Shown here one piece after another: positions 44,460 to 58,136 of a DNA stretch of 64,000 nt. Position 1 is the stretch's first letter. The number at the start of each line of letters is the position of its first letter. Source of the DNA: Octopus vulgaris (lineage: Eukaryota); NCBI GenBank assembly GCA_951406725.2, contig OX597819.1, positions 110,670,001 through 110,734,000 of the forward strand. The letters are read 5' to 3'. The position numbers and the translations under genes are program-made. The notes under the pieces are model-generated. The model saw only the letters and a list, made by a program, of their open reading frames with translations. It had not been told where the DNA came from and ran no database searches.

Positions 44460-45832
44460 TAAAAGGAATTCCAGCCTTGTCTGATTTTCACGTTTTATTT
44501 ACAATCTTATAATAATATAATATAAGATAATATAATATAGTAGAATAAAATAAAATAGTAGAATGTTAAATGTTCATTCTTATTGAACTAGTACTTTCAT
44601 GCATTAAATTCTGCAATCTTCAGGTTCATGTAGTAGTGGTGACAGTCATGCTTCACAATTTTTGACTGTAGCGAGATGATTGAATCTGTGCCTTAAATAC
44701 AGCTGGGTAGGCTCCAGATTGCTAGGTTTTGCAAACTGTATTCTGACCAATCAGTGTATAGTATCACTCAATTACTTAAGCTGATTGGTTGGTTGAGTTG
44801 ATTGGTTTAGGCGTCACGCTTTGTTGAACATGTCAAGAGTCCTGTATCTTAACCCTGGGTGAGGCAGCAATTGTTGTGCTATTTTTAGATATGTTGTAAA
44901 TAGCCTTTGTCAGAGATTTTTATATTTTTATATTTCAATTGTCCTCATCATCATTGTCAGCACCTTAATTATTGTTGCTAGTGGTGATGGTGGTGGCAAT
45001 AGAACTTTTAACCCTAAATAAGATAATTTTCCTGCTATCTAGGTATTATTATTATTGCTTATTTAGCTTGGGTTCGAATTTATCAATAAAATTCTTTTCT
45101 CTGATTTTCCTCTCGATTTCATTTGGGCTGTGTAATTTGTAGAATGGAAATATTATATATATTTTCCGACCACATGTTGCTAGGTAGTTACTCAAAGGTA
45201 TCTGACGGACCTCTGGGTCTCTAATCTGTTGTTGGTGTACACGTGAGCGTTCTGATAGTGCATTTCCCGTCTGACCTACATATATTTCTTCACAATTTGG
45301 GTATTTGATGCAGTAAATTAAATTTCTGCTTTTGCAGTTCATATTCGCGTTTGTGAATATTTTCCAGGATTTTGTGTTTATATAATGGCCGGTATGTATG
45401 AATTGGCATGTGCCACATCGGCTATCATTGCATTTAGATACAGTGAATGTTTGGTCTTTGTTGCTAAGGTCAAATTTTGCCTTTGTCATTATCCGTGATT
45501 ATGTCTTTTAATTCATTACTTTGGGCAATGATTGGTAGGTTTGCTTTGGCAATGTTGAAGAAATTCTGGTGACATGGGTTGTGTGTCACTATGAATGCTA
45601 TGACTTGTTCTTGTTTTCCTCTTCATTGGGTTGTCCTAAGTTGTTGAATGGGTATTTTTATAGCCCGCTGTATGCCATTTTCTATAAGTAGAGATGGGTA
45701 TTTTTGTTTGAGCAAAAATTCTCTTAGTTCTGTTAGGCGTTTGTTCCTGATATTTGTATCTTCTATAATGGTACAAATTCTTCTGGCTAGGCAGTATGGG
45801 ATGTTGCGTTTTGTATGTGGTTTTGTATATTG
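44460..45832 (-). mobile_element. 5'-truncated Penelope-like element: GIY-YIG endonuclease + pseudo-LTR
   Basis: ORF 45052-45489: CNDSRCGTC..MNCKSRNLIYCIKYPNCEEIYVGQTGNALSER..E..FIDKFEPKLN. Upstream are thumb remnants (KRNIPYCLARRIC); the downstream non-coding region carries an HHR. Confidence 0.9.
44584..44628 (-). ncRNA. Type I hammerhead ribozyme (minimal, palindromic stem III)
   Basis: TGAAC CTGAAGA T TGCA-gaatttaa-TGCA T GAA AGTACT A GTTCA: 5-bp stem I, intact core, CUA cleavage triplet. Confidence 0.8.
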
Positions 45833-46196
45833 TAATTAAGGGTATCTAAAATATACCACCATGCTAGATATAGCAGCCCAAATCTCACTCTAGAATCACA
45901 TTAAATGTTCATACATTTAATGTGCCTTTTAATCTGAAGATAAATTAGACTGATGCGGTACCTATATTTGAGAGAAGGTAATATACAATAAGGGAAATGC
46001 TATATCTAGCATGGTGGTATCTTTTAGATACCCTTAATTATAATTTTAATCATAATTATTACTTATGAGGTTTTTATTCCCATGCTAGCCACATGATATG
46101 ATCGGTATTTTAAATAACGATCTTATCCTTATTTATATAAATTTATATATATATATATATATATATATGTATGCATGTATATATATATATGTATGC

Positions 46197-46273
<77 letters not shown>

Positions 46274-46274
46274 G

Positions 46275-46321
<47 letters not shown>

Positions 46322-46324
<3 letters not shown>

Positions 46325-46524
46325 GGTCCCGGGTTGAGTCGGGGTTAACCACAGTAAATAAGGTACTCAATACATGGCAGAGTAAATTAATTTATTTTAT
46401 AGAAGGAGCTTCTACAGGACTAGAACTGTTTCATTCAAATGAAATCATCAGGAAGCCAATCAGGAAGCTGATGATTTCATTGAATGAAACAGTTCTAGTC
46501 CTGTAGAAGCTCCTTCTATAAAAT
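46322..46524. mobile_element. Penelope pLTR-like fragment with fold-back inverted duplication
   Basis: Arms at 46394-46451 and 46468-46524; embedded in (TA)n. Confidence 0.75.
46408..46456 (-). ncRNA. Type I hammerhead ribozyme
   Basis: GCTTC CTGATGA T TTCA-tt-TGAA T GAA ACAG-ttctagtc-CTGT A GAAGC: stems I, II and III all pair; GUA triplet. Confidence 0.8.
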
Positions 46525-46629
46525 GTATTATATATATATATATATAGTGGCTGTGTGGTCTGCACTCGATCTGCTTAGGAGGTTGTTGTGCCCTAGCATA
46601 TGTGCTATATTGATTTTTGTCATATGAGT

Positions 46630-46795
46630 GGAAGCAGGTGGCTCTGTGGTTAGGATGTTGGACTCATGATCGTAAGATTGTGGTTTCGATTCCTATATCG
46701 GGTGATGCGATGTGTTCTCGAGCAAAACACTTCATTTTACGTTGCTCCAGTCCACTCATCCTGCGACGGACCGACCTCCCGTCCAGGGAGAAATA
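46630..46795 (+). mobile_element. SINE related to family C (diverged)
   Basis: gtggctctgtggttagg..ggtttcgattcct head; cctgcgacggaccg..cccgtccagg motif shared with 54776-55060. Confidence 0.7.
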
Positions 46796-46799
46796 TATA

Positions 46800-47433
46800 C
46801 GAGGGGGTGCTGAAAAGTTCCTGGTTTTGGGTAAAAGAAAGTACAGAAGTATCAGTTAATTATTTCGTTCAGAATATTCCCATATCAGATTCACACACTT
46901 ATTGCAGTTGTCATTCAGTTTTTCTAAACCCTATAAAAGAAATCGGTAGGTAAGATGGGCCTCAAACCAGGCCTTTCGCGATATCCTTAAAGCCCTCTCA
47001 CCTTGTGTGTGTACGTGTGTGTGTATGTGTGTGTATGTGTGTGTATGTGTGTGTGTGTGTGTGTATGTGTGTGTGTGTATGTGTGTGTGTGCCTGTGTGC
47101 GTGTGCGCGCGCGCGTGTGTGTGTATGGATGGAAGATCTCAACATGTTCCCTTCACAAATTAACACACTATTTGTAGTTGTCCAGTTTTGTAAGTCCTGT
47201 AAAAGAACTCGGATGGTTTTGCCTCCAACCAGGCCTTTCACGATACTCCTAAAGCTAGGAACTTTTCAGCACACCTCGTGTGTGTGTATGGATGGAAGAT
47301 CTCAACATATTCCCCCCTCTAATATTTACAAACTAATTGTCCAGTTTTTGTAAGCCCTGTAAAAGAACTCGGATGGTTCTGCCTCCAACCAGGCCTTTCA
47401 CGACACCCTAAAGCTAGGAACTTTTCAGCACAC

Positions 47434-47473
<40 letters not shown>

Positions 47474-47671
47474 TGTGTGTGTATGTGTGTGTTTAAGGAT
47501 GGAGGATCAATTAACTATGATGTTATTCAACATGTTCCCATCTCATATTTACATACCTATTGCAGCGGTTCTTCAGTTTTTGTGAGCCTTGTAAAATAAA
47601 TCAGAAGAATGTGCCTTCAGCTAGGTCTTTCGCGACACCCTTAAAGTCAGGAACTTTTCAGAACTCCCTTG
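46800..47671. mobile_element. Mariner-type MITE with triplicated right end
   Basis: Left TIR TA-cgagggggtgctgaaaagttcc; right TIR ggaacttttcagcacacctcg ends at 47278, 47437 and 47671(-TA). Confidence 0.8.
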
Positions 47672-48002
47672 TATACGCCAGGAAAAACCAAGAAACAATC
47701 ACCAGCATTAACACATGATGACGAGTACTCCTCGGTAACCTTACAATGATTCGAAAAAGTGTTTGCATATCGAATTAGCCAGGCACTGAATGTGACAAAA
47801 TTAGGCCATTGAATTAGGTGCTTAGTCTATCCGATAGGATTCCGTACAGTTTCAATCTACACATTTTCACTGATGAAGCTGCGCACGGCCTGAAGCAACA
47901 CTGAAATAAAACATGCTTGCCCTACAAGGTTATGCTGTTGCATCAAAACTGATACGTCTTCATTGTTAAACGAAACTTATGACCACATGATTATACATAC
48001 TC

Positions 48003-48437
48003 TCTTTACTCTTTTACTTGCTTCAGTCATTTGATTGCGGCCATGCTGGAGCACCGCCTTTAGTCGAGCAAATCGACATCAGGATTTATTCTTTGTAAGC
48101 CTAGTACTTATTCTATCGGTGTCTTTTGCCGAACCGCTAAGTTACGGGGGACGTAAACACAGCAGCATCGGTTATCGAGCGATGTTGGGTGGACAAACAC
48201 AGACACACAAACACAGACACACAGACACACACACACGCACACACACACACATATAAATATATGAATATACATATATACGACGAGCTTCTTTCAGTTTCCA
48301 TCTACCAAATCTACTCACAAGGCTTTGGTCGGCCCCAGGCTATAGCTGAAGACACTTGCCCAAGGTGCCACGCAGTGAGACTGAACCAGGAACCATGTGG
48401 TTCGTAAGCAAGCTACTTACCACACAGCCGCTCCTAC
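48003..48437 (-). mobile_element. SINE family A, full length
   Basis: Reverse complement of the reference copy. Confidence 0.9.
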
Positions 48438-48464
48438 GTACATACATACGTACATACACACATA

Positions 48465-49736
48465 TCAAGTAATCCCATAAGTTCTGTCCGAATTTTGAAT
48501 AAAGAAAACAAGTGACCAAATGTTATATTTAATTGAAATTTAATGATCAATGTACTTTCCCTGATTATGTATTACTTCCTTCTATCTATTTACAACCTTT
48601 TTAATCCCTTCAATGTAAAACTCTTTTGGTTTCAAAGCGAAGAACTCTGTAATGTCAGTTTCGACCTCCTCCTGGTTTGCGAAAGTTCTGTCCCTCAAAT
48701 GATTCTGTAAACTACGAAACAAATGGTAATCTGAAGGAGCAAGGCCGGGAGAATAAGGTGGATGAGGAAATTTTTTCAACCAAGCTCTTCGATCTTCTGT
48801 GATGTGATCTTTGCAGTGTGAGGTCGCGCATTGTCCTTTTCGATTCACTAAAGCGGGTCTTTTTTTCTTCAAAGCTTTGTTCAAACGCTCTATTTGCTGA
48901 CAGTAGACTTGAGCATTGATTGTTGTACTGGGTGGTAACAATTCCAAGTGAATTACTCCTTTGCAATCCCACCAGATAGAGAGAAGAACCTTTTCCCCAT
49001 GAAGTCCCTTTCTCAGTTGTGGTTGAGCCTTTGCCCTTTTAACAAGCCACTGTTTGCCACGTTTAACATTTCGATAGAAGATCCATTTTTCGTCACCAGT
49101 CACAAATCTATCTAAAAAGGGAGAAATGAGTTCGAGAGAATGGAGAGACGAGCAGATGTCAACTTGAGATTTGCGGTTGCTTTCGGAACAATTCATGAGT
49201 TACCCATTTTCCAAGTTTAGGAATCTTTCCAAGTTGTTGAAGATGACGATAAACAGTTGTATGGTTTGAACTAAGCTTTATTGCTAATTCTTCAATTGAT
49301 AATGCATGATTTTCTTCAAGTAATGCCTCAAGGATCTTATCATCACACTCAACTGGACGTCCTGTTCGATCTTCATCTTCAGGGCTGAAATCTCCACTTC
49401 TGAATTTTGCAAACTATCTTCTGTAAGTTCTTTCATTCAAGCATTCTTTCCCATAAACTGAGTCGTATGTTTTGAGTTGCTTCGGCTGCAGAGCTTCCTT
49501 TTTTGTACTCATAAAGCATTATGTGCCTCAAATGCTCTTTGGATACTTCAATGTCAGAAAGGATTTTAATCAAAGAAATTTTAATTCTATTATTCTGTAA
49601 AATGATATTTAATTAGTTTAAATGTACGCAAATGCATAAAAATACTTTTTAATTCAATTATACATTCTAAAATAATATTAAATTTCATTCAATTTTAAAA
49701 ACGGTAAAATCGGACAGATCTTATGGTATGACCTGA
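48465..49736 (-). mobile_element. Full-length decayed mariner (DD34D) transposon
   Basis: ~1.27 kb; TIRs tcaagtaatcccataagttctgtccga / tcggacagatcttatggtatgacctga; FVTGDEKWIFY, WWDCKGVIH, HPPYSPGLAPSDYHLF. Frameshifted, with the second-D region deleted. Confidence 0.93.
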
Positions 49737-49814
49737 TGCATACATACATACATACATACATACATACATACATACATACATACATACACACACACACATA
49801 CATACATTATTATT

Positions 49815-50120
49815 ATGGCTGCCCTCATTATCGAGTATTGCACGAAGCTTAACTGTTACTGGTGCTGTGATCGAATGTGACTTTTTAGCCCAGCTAAAGA
49901 TCTACAATGTCTTGTACAGTATTGGCAACTAAAACCTTTACCAGTAAAAGCCGGCTGTAGTTGTAACTGGGTTTCATGTACCTTTGCATGTCATTTAAGT
50001 CCTCCTGCCGAATTACACTCTCTTCCACATGCCCGACAGATATGATTAGTATGGTGTGTTACACCACCACCAGTGGCCAGGTTGTCAATCATCTGTCTCG
50101 CTTTATGACTACGAAGATGA
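49815..50120 (-). mobile_element. RTE/BovB-like LINE 3' end
   Basis: Minus strand: HLRSH..HICRACGRECNSAGGLK*H (terminal C2H2-like fingers), then a UTR ending gcagcca-(taa)n. Confidence 0.65.
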
Positions 50121-50325
50121 CATACATACATACATACATACATACATACATACATACATACATACATACATACATAAATACACACATATATACGTACATG
50201 TACAGATACAGATATCATACATACGTACATTGATATATACATACGAATACATATATATATATAGATGCCTGTTATATATTTATGAGCATATCCATTTATC
50301 TATCCCTCTATTTATCTATCTACCT

Positions 50326-50363
<38 letters not shown>

Positions 50364-50426
50364 ACGCACACATATTATATATATATAATACATTCTCGAA
50401 TATTTCATCTTCTGTTTTTCATTTGC

Positions 50427-50462
<36 letters not shown>

Positions 50463-50515
50463 GGTGTACACACATTCACACTTACATACATATACGTATC
50501 TCTCTCTCCCCCCCC

Positions 50516-50546
<31 letters not shown>

Positions 50547-51239
50547 TGTGTGTGTGTGTGTACACACACATCCACACTTCCATACATATATATATATATA
50601 TGTATTAATATCTCATCAACATTGTTGCCTTTATTGGTTTTGTTATTATTATCGCTATTTAAAAAAAAAAAATTCTTGTTATTGATGTTGTTGTCTTTGT
50701 TGCTGTTATTAATGGCGTCTTTTGTCGTTCATTATAGCTTATAAAATATTTACAGCAAATTATTTGCGCTTTGTAAAAAATATATATATGCATATACATG
50801 TGCACACGTGTGAAATATGTGAATGTATGGTGTGCGATTTATGAGTGTTGGGGTAATGTACTCGGATAGGCAAAAAGACAGAGGGAGAGAGAGGCTGATG
50901 CAGCGATATAGATTGAGAGGGGTAGAGAGAGAGAGAGGTAGATAGAGTGAGGATTGATGTGAAATAGGTGTCATAAATCCCTAACCTACACCCGACTCTC
51001 TCCAACCTGCTATTGTACACTCGTGGATTTTATAAGGCATTGTGTTAGGGTCCATTGTGTTGTTTTCTATGGTGAAATTATTTGTATAGCAATAAGCCTT
51101 GCCTCTACCTTGCCCCCGTGACGAATTCGTAAAGTTGTAGCCTTTTTCTTCTTCTTCTTCTTCTTCTTCTTCTTCTTCTTCTTCTTCTTCTTCTTCTTCT
51201 TCTTCTTCTTCTTCTTCTTCTTCTTCTTCTTCTTCTTCT

Positions 51240-51286
<47 letters not shown>

Positions 51287-51377
51287 TTCTTCTTCTTCTT
51301 CTTCTTCTTCTTCTTCTTCTTGTCTTCTTCACCAACGTTGTCGTCGTTGCCGTCGTCATTGTATCTATTATTATTAG

Positions 51378-51440
<63 letters not shown>

Positions 51441-52224
51441 CATTATTGTTATTATACTCAATTTAAAACCTAGCATTTTGTTCTATGTGCGTGTAATGTG
51501 TGCTCTTCTTCCGCCTTGTGGCAAATAACTTGTTCATTGACTAGGTGTCGTATTGTGTCGTCGTCGTCATCATCATCATCAACTTCATCATCAATTTCTT
51601 CTTCTTCTTCTTCTTCTTCTTCTTCTTCTTCTTCTCCTTCTTCTTCTCTTTCGTCGTCGTCATCGACATTGTAACAACCAACTCGAGCAACATCATCAAA
51701 GTCATTTTCATTATTATTTAATTATGGCGACATGAACGGATCGGCAAATTGTTGACGAAAAATACGGGCTTTGTTACCGTAAATGGCAGCCATATTGTTA
51801 CAACGGCCATATTATTGTTGCTTGATAAATACGCTGCTGTTATTTAAGTCAACGATGACAATATCACGGGCAAATAGACGCCATCTTACACATGTTAATT
51901 GACTTACAATTATCATTGTTGCTGCTACTGCTGCTGCTGTTACTGTGGCTATTGTCGCTGCTTGTTTTATTTTGATTTATTTTTGTTTGCCTTTTAAAAT
52001 TTCCATGGTGCTATTGATGATGATGATGATGATGATGATGAGGGTAATGTTGTTGTTGTTTAGGCTAGGAAAACAATAAAGCTTTATGAGGCCTATTATA
52101 AACATACACGCACACGCGTATGTATTCTCGTATGCATACATGCATTTATGCATGTGTACAATAGGCTTACTGAAAGAGGTTCATTCATAACACACAGGCA
52201 TACATATGCACATACATACACCCG

Positions 52225-52326
<102 letters not shown>

Positions 52327-52623
52327 CACACAAACATACATACACATATGTATGTGTGCATACAAATGTGAGTGTGGAAGAGACAGACATTTGGTAGAAC
52401 AAGCAGGAGAAATAGAACTCAATACATGAATATAAGCCTTTATTATTTTTAATAGGCAGGAAGTTACCAAAGTGACTCAAGGATCGAGTGTTTCGAGCAT
52501 GCTACTTGTGTTTGATAAGTGTGATGTACGAAACACTGGGCACTTGAGTTTTATTTGTAATTTTCTGCATATTACAAATAAGAGAGTGTAAGTATGTATA
52601 TGTATATATGTGTATATGCATAC

Positions 52624-52661
<38 letters not shown>

Positions 52662-53299
52662 ATATATATGTATACGTGTAGATATGCATGCATATATGTA
52701 TACATGTGTGTGTATGCACACAAATACATATGCATATATACCCGTACTCACACAAATACAAACAAGTACAGAAGATGATATATATTTGCATAAAGAAAAC
52801 TAGAGCACTCAATACATATAGCAGCAAAAAAGGCATCATGAAAATAATATTTTAGTTGTTATACATGGTGATGTGAAGTTTCGTACTTACAAATATGCGA
52901 ATAGTCGTCAGATGCGCAAACGCAGCCGTTCGACATTAATATCTCGGAAATATATTATGACCTACTATTGAATGGCTTCTAATCTTCCGGTATTGCACAG
53001 AAATTATGTTTTGCCAGTGAAATAAGTGATTACGTAAGAATATTTATTGCTAAGTGTTTGTTATTTCCTTAAAGCAGGCTGAAACTAATACGGCTGAAGA
53101 ATTTGTTAGAAGTGAGTATTTTGCAAGGAAAATATTAAATAAACTGATGTAGAATAAATGAATGGGAATAAGAGGATAATGAAAGTAGATTGAAGTTATG
53201 GGTTTAAATAAACTGGTGGGAGCGGGAAAGAGGAGGAAAAGTGGTAGTGGAAAATTTTGAAGGTTAAAGAGTTGCGTTAACATATAAAAGACAAACGCT

Positions 53300-54042
53300 A
53301 CTTTGCTACAGTGATATTTTGTTCTGTGAACTGGCAGCAGAATTGCTGAAATAATTCACAGAAAGTACAGTGAAATTGTTAAACTATAGATTTGTTTTTT
53401 TTCTGCTGTTGCTTATCGATGTGAAAACATTTGTTAAAAATCTCTGATCTAACATCTAAATTATTCGGAGTTTTAGAGGGTAAATCCTAATATTTATTGG
53501 TAATATTGTTCTTTGGAGATCTGCTATATTTTTTGGAACGAAGAGCTACTTTTCTCAAATTTCTCATGTAATTAGCATCTGTTTGCATTCCCTCTTGTTT
53601 TGTTTTTCATATGTCTCTAAAAGAATTCGAGTGGTTGCAGTAACTTTATTTAAATATTTCCTGCAGTGTACTTGAATGCGATATTTAGATTAAACTTGGT
53701 GAGAAGTATTTTTATGGTTCCTAGTTTATCATTTTAGAATTGCTTGGCTGATGCACATTGCATGTTAAATTAGTTTCAGTTGTTTTGGTGAATGTCCAGT
53801 TATCAGAGTTCCCATAGAAGTGTTAAGTTTTAGCTTATTTCTATTAGATTATGACGTGCAACATTGCTTGATGAGAAATGCTTATTTGAGTTTACGAAGT
53901 GTTTAGATGAATTAGACTTAAACTGTAAAGAGAAGAAAAGTGTGAACCCGATATCACAGTACTTTGTCTTACTAATATATGGTGGGAAGTTAATGGCGTA
54001 TTTAGTATCGTTTTTGAACCAACCAGCTTCTAGAACCTTATT

Positions 54043-54118
<76 letters not shown>

Positions 54119-54740
54119 CAGCAGCAGCAGCAGCAGTAGTAGTTGTAGCAGTAGTAGTAGTGGGGAACAACACTCGGAAATTTTATTGGATGTCAAGTTA
54201 GAGATTCTTCTACATATATTATTAAATATTGTATTCCGAAAAACATGGACAGATCGCAGTATTCTGTGTTAATAAGTGTTCTTCATTAGGTATATTATAT
54301 GCTTTGTATTATACTTGTATTTTTCAATGCTTTAGCCCAGAGTAACCCCTAAGGAATAATGGATTATTTTCAGGCTCTAACAATTCAATGCTCCACTTAG
54401 ATTTCCTCTGAATGTTAGTAACAAATTGAGGTACTATGCTGAGATGTAGCGAACCCATCATCTCTATAAGAACATCAATTTATTCTGGTAATTCTTCAGT
54501 TCAGCTTTTTGTCTTGTTTTGTTATTCAAACCAACAGGATCACATTTATTTGCTCTTCAAATAACTACGTGCTGACGTCGAACGAAATTTTTTTGTTCTT
54601 TATAAACCAGACAGGATTTTTAGTAAAGAACGGATGATGCTCTCTCTCCATACATCCTAAATTACTGCAAGACATTTGCATGCTATTTGAAACGGGCCCA
54701 GTGATAATGCTGAATTTCACATTTAATGGGGATCATTGTG
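53300..54740 (-). mobile_element. Ancient Penelope RT-GIY-YIG relic split by (TAG)n/(CAG)n at 54045-54160
   Basis: Minus-strand remnants WFIKNKKISFDVS, YRDDG, INFPPYISK..DIG and RSEIFNKCFH fall in Penelope order. Confidence 0.7.
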
Positions 54741-54775
54741 GGGAATCATTATAAGTATAGTAGGTTCCTTCTCGA

Positions 54776-55060
54776 GCAATACCTGGCTCATAAGGTCCGG
54801 TTTCTCGGTTTCCTTGGCGTATAGGTTCCTCACCTGGACGGGACGCAGGTCCGTCGCAGGTGAGCTGCAAGATGCAGGAGGAAAAAGTGAAAGAAAGTTG
54901 TGGCGAAAGAGTCAGCAGAATTTCGCCATTATCTTCTGCCGGAGCCGCGTGGAGCTTAGGTGTTTAGCTCATAAACACACACATCGCCCGGTCTGAGATT
55001 CGAACCCGCGATCCCTGGACCGCGAGTCCGCTGCCCTAACCACTAGGCCATGTGCCTCTA
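54776..55060 (-). mobile_element. SINE with family C head but a different 3' tail
   Basis: Head gaggcacatggcctagtggttagggcagcggactcgcggtc shared; diverges from 35016 after ..tcgccacaactttct. Confidence 0.82.
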
Positions 55061-55661
55061 CTATAAGTATAGTAGGTTGATTAAAATGATACTAGTAATG
55101 ATAATGGCTTTGTTTATGATGATAATGACGACAATAATAGTGATAATGATGATGATGATGATGAGGATGATGATGAGGATGATGATAATGATGATCGCGA
55201 TTGCGACGATGATGGTGACGGTGACAACGACGATGACAATGAGACAACGACGACCACGACGACCACGACGACGATGATGATGGTGATAATGATAGTGACC
55301 GTGTTATTTCCTTGCAAACTTCATTTATTACGAGTATAATATTCTTTTACTTTATGCGTGTTGGACGTGACCTGGGGGGAGGGGAGGTAGTAAATGGGTA
55401 AAGGGGGTGGAGTCAATTTTGAGAATCAATTTCGTATGGTACAATAATGGGCTCTTCAACGTCTTCATATCTCACAGTCACAATTCTCCCTTATCTTTCT
55501 TTACCTCCCTCTGGTACCCTCACTCTGGCTGTGCTAGCAAAACTAGGAAGATAAGAAAAGGGAAGGAATGATGTCTTGCTGGTATTAATATTGTTGCTCA
55601 TACACATACGTATGTATATACACACACACACACATATATATATATATACATACACATATAC

Positions 55662-55701
<40 letters not shown>

Positions 55702-55843
55702 AACACATAATTACGTACGTATAAAGACACATACACGAACAATTGTAATTATACAAAAAAATATATATGTGTGCGTGTTTGTACGTGTACGCTTCTTTAC
55801 GTGTATATATATATATATATACATATATACATACATATAAATA

Positions 55844-57119
55844 TTAGGTTGGTAACTAAGTTCCCGCGGTTTTTTTTAATTTAAATTTTTTGAAAGATTT
55901 AATAAAAAAATAGCAACTAATTAATCAAAAATGTATTCACTCTTGTTGTTTACAACTTCTTGCCAAAGTTCAACAAGATTTTCAATACCGCGTTAGTAGA
56001 AATCACCTGATTTCGACTTGAAAAATTGATCCAGTCAAGCTCTCAATTCTGCATCAGTATTGAACGAAAGTCCGTACATAGCATTTGAAAGAGATCGAAA
56101 AAGGTGAAAATACGTTGGTACCAATTCAGGAGAGTACGGCGCTTGGCAGTACTTCCCAGCATGGGTTTGAAAGGCTTCCTTGGTCATTTTGGCGATATGA
56201 AGGCGGGCGTTGACATGCAGCAGAACTCCATGCTGCCGATTACGTCTTTTCTCTTGTATAGCCGTGTTGAGTCTTTCTATCTGTTGAACATAGAGTGCCG
56301 CGTTGACCCTTTGGTTCCGTTCAAGCAATTCGTAATGGATAATCCCTTTCCAATCCCACCATACGCACAACATTGTTTTATGCGGTTGAAGATCTTGCTT
56401 TACGCGCAGTACGCTTGTTTACCGTGGCTAAGTCATTCCTTACGCTTCTTCATATTGATGTACAGACACCATTTTTCGTTGCCAGTAACGATTCGGTAAA
56501 GAAATCGTTACTTGTGTCCATGAGTTGAGCGGTGACGAGCAAGCAAACCAGAGGAGATTGTGGCTCGCTTATTTTTGTTGTTGTCACTTAAAGCATGGGG
56601 ACTTACTCCATACCTCTGAACCTTTCCCATCGAGTAAAGATGCTTCTCTATAGCAGTGTGGGAGATTTCCATTTTCTGTGCCAGTTTCTTTGTCGTTTAC
56701 CGAGACTTTTCGTGCAAAAGTTGGCTTAATCGCTCTTCGTCGAACTCAAATGAACGACCGGAACGACGTGCGTCTTTGAGGTAAAAATTTCCATTTTTGA
56801 ACTTGGCATTCCAATCACGAGAGGTTCTTTCAGCTATGGTACCCTTTCCATACACAGCACAAATGGGGCGAGCTGCTTTTGCGGCCTTACAACCATGATT
56901 AAAAGCAAAAAGAAGGTGTCGAAAATGCTCGTTTTTCGTAACTTGACATGCCATTTTAATGATCTGAAAATAAACAAAAATTAACTAAAATTAGCTAGAA
57001 AAGAAAAGATTCCAAAATAATTCAAAAATAGAATTCTCGAAAATATAGATTCCAAAATTTAAAAACGCAATAAATTCCAAGATTAAAAAAAAAACGTGGG
57101 AACTTAGTTGCCAACCCAA
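55844..57119 (-). mobile_element. Full-length decayed mariner transposon
   Basis: TA-ttaggttggtaactaagttccc / gggaacttagttgccaacccaa-TA; HTH ORF 56697-56954; MLCVWWDWKGIIHYELL, PYSPELVPTYFHLF. Confidence 0.93.
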
Positions 57120-57154
57120 TATATATGTATAGATCTACATACATATATATGGTT

Positions 57155-57258
<104 letters not shown>

Positions 57259-58030
57259 TGTGTGTGTATGTGTTTGCTTGTGTGTGTGTGTGTGTGTTTG
57301 TATATGTCTGTGTGTATAGTTTAGGACAATCAGTAAGTTGTTATAATAGTACTCGGAGTTTCAAATGCCGGAGCTAAGAGCTACGATGCTTTTTCATCGG
57401 CTATCAGTAGCAATAGACGCTATGAAAAAAACCGTTGGATAAAAGGGAGGTTACTTTAATTGGCATAAGAAATATAAACGATAAAAAATACACGCAACCA
57501 CATTCTCACAATACATATACATAAAACCTCCTGCGTTCATAACGTCTGTATGTATTTACGTATGTATGATGTTTGCTTTTGCATAATATTTTTGTGCTGT
57601 AGTGTAGATGTGCATATAGAAACAATTACTTTTTTTAGAGCTTATGTATGCACGCACAAAATGTTCCATGCATTGTCGAGACATTTAAGCGCAAACACAT
57701 AAACACACAATTGACCAAATATTATTACAGAAGCCTTTTATTAACTAGTATAGTAATAGATTCATATAATAATGCGTATTAATGCAATTATGTTCTTATT
57801 TATAGCGATAATAATACAAAGGGGAATGATACGATCGATTAGGCTGCTGGTGTTGAACCTCCATGTTGTTTTTCTTGATTGCCACATATGCAAAGCGCAC
57901 GTACGCATATATATACACACACAGGTACGCATACATACAGGTACAGACACTGTCACGTGCGCATGTAAATATGTATGCACGTACCTACCTACCTACCTAT
58001 CTACCTACATATCTATCTATCTATCTATCC

Positions 58031-58136
<106 letters not shown>

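Noticed and set aside
48582-49196. 204-aa transposase ORF as a domesticated SETMAR-like gene
   Set aside because: It is bounded by TIRs, its N-terminus is broken, and the catalytic region is frameshifted or deleted.
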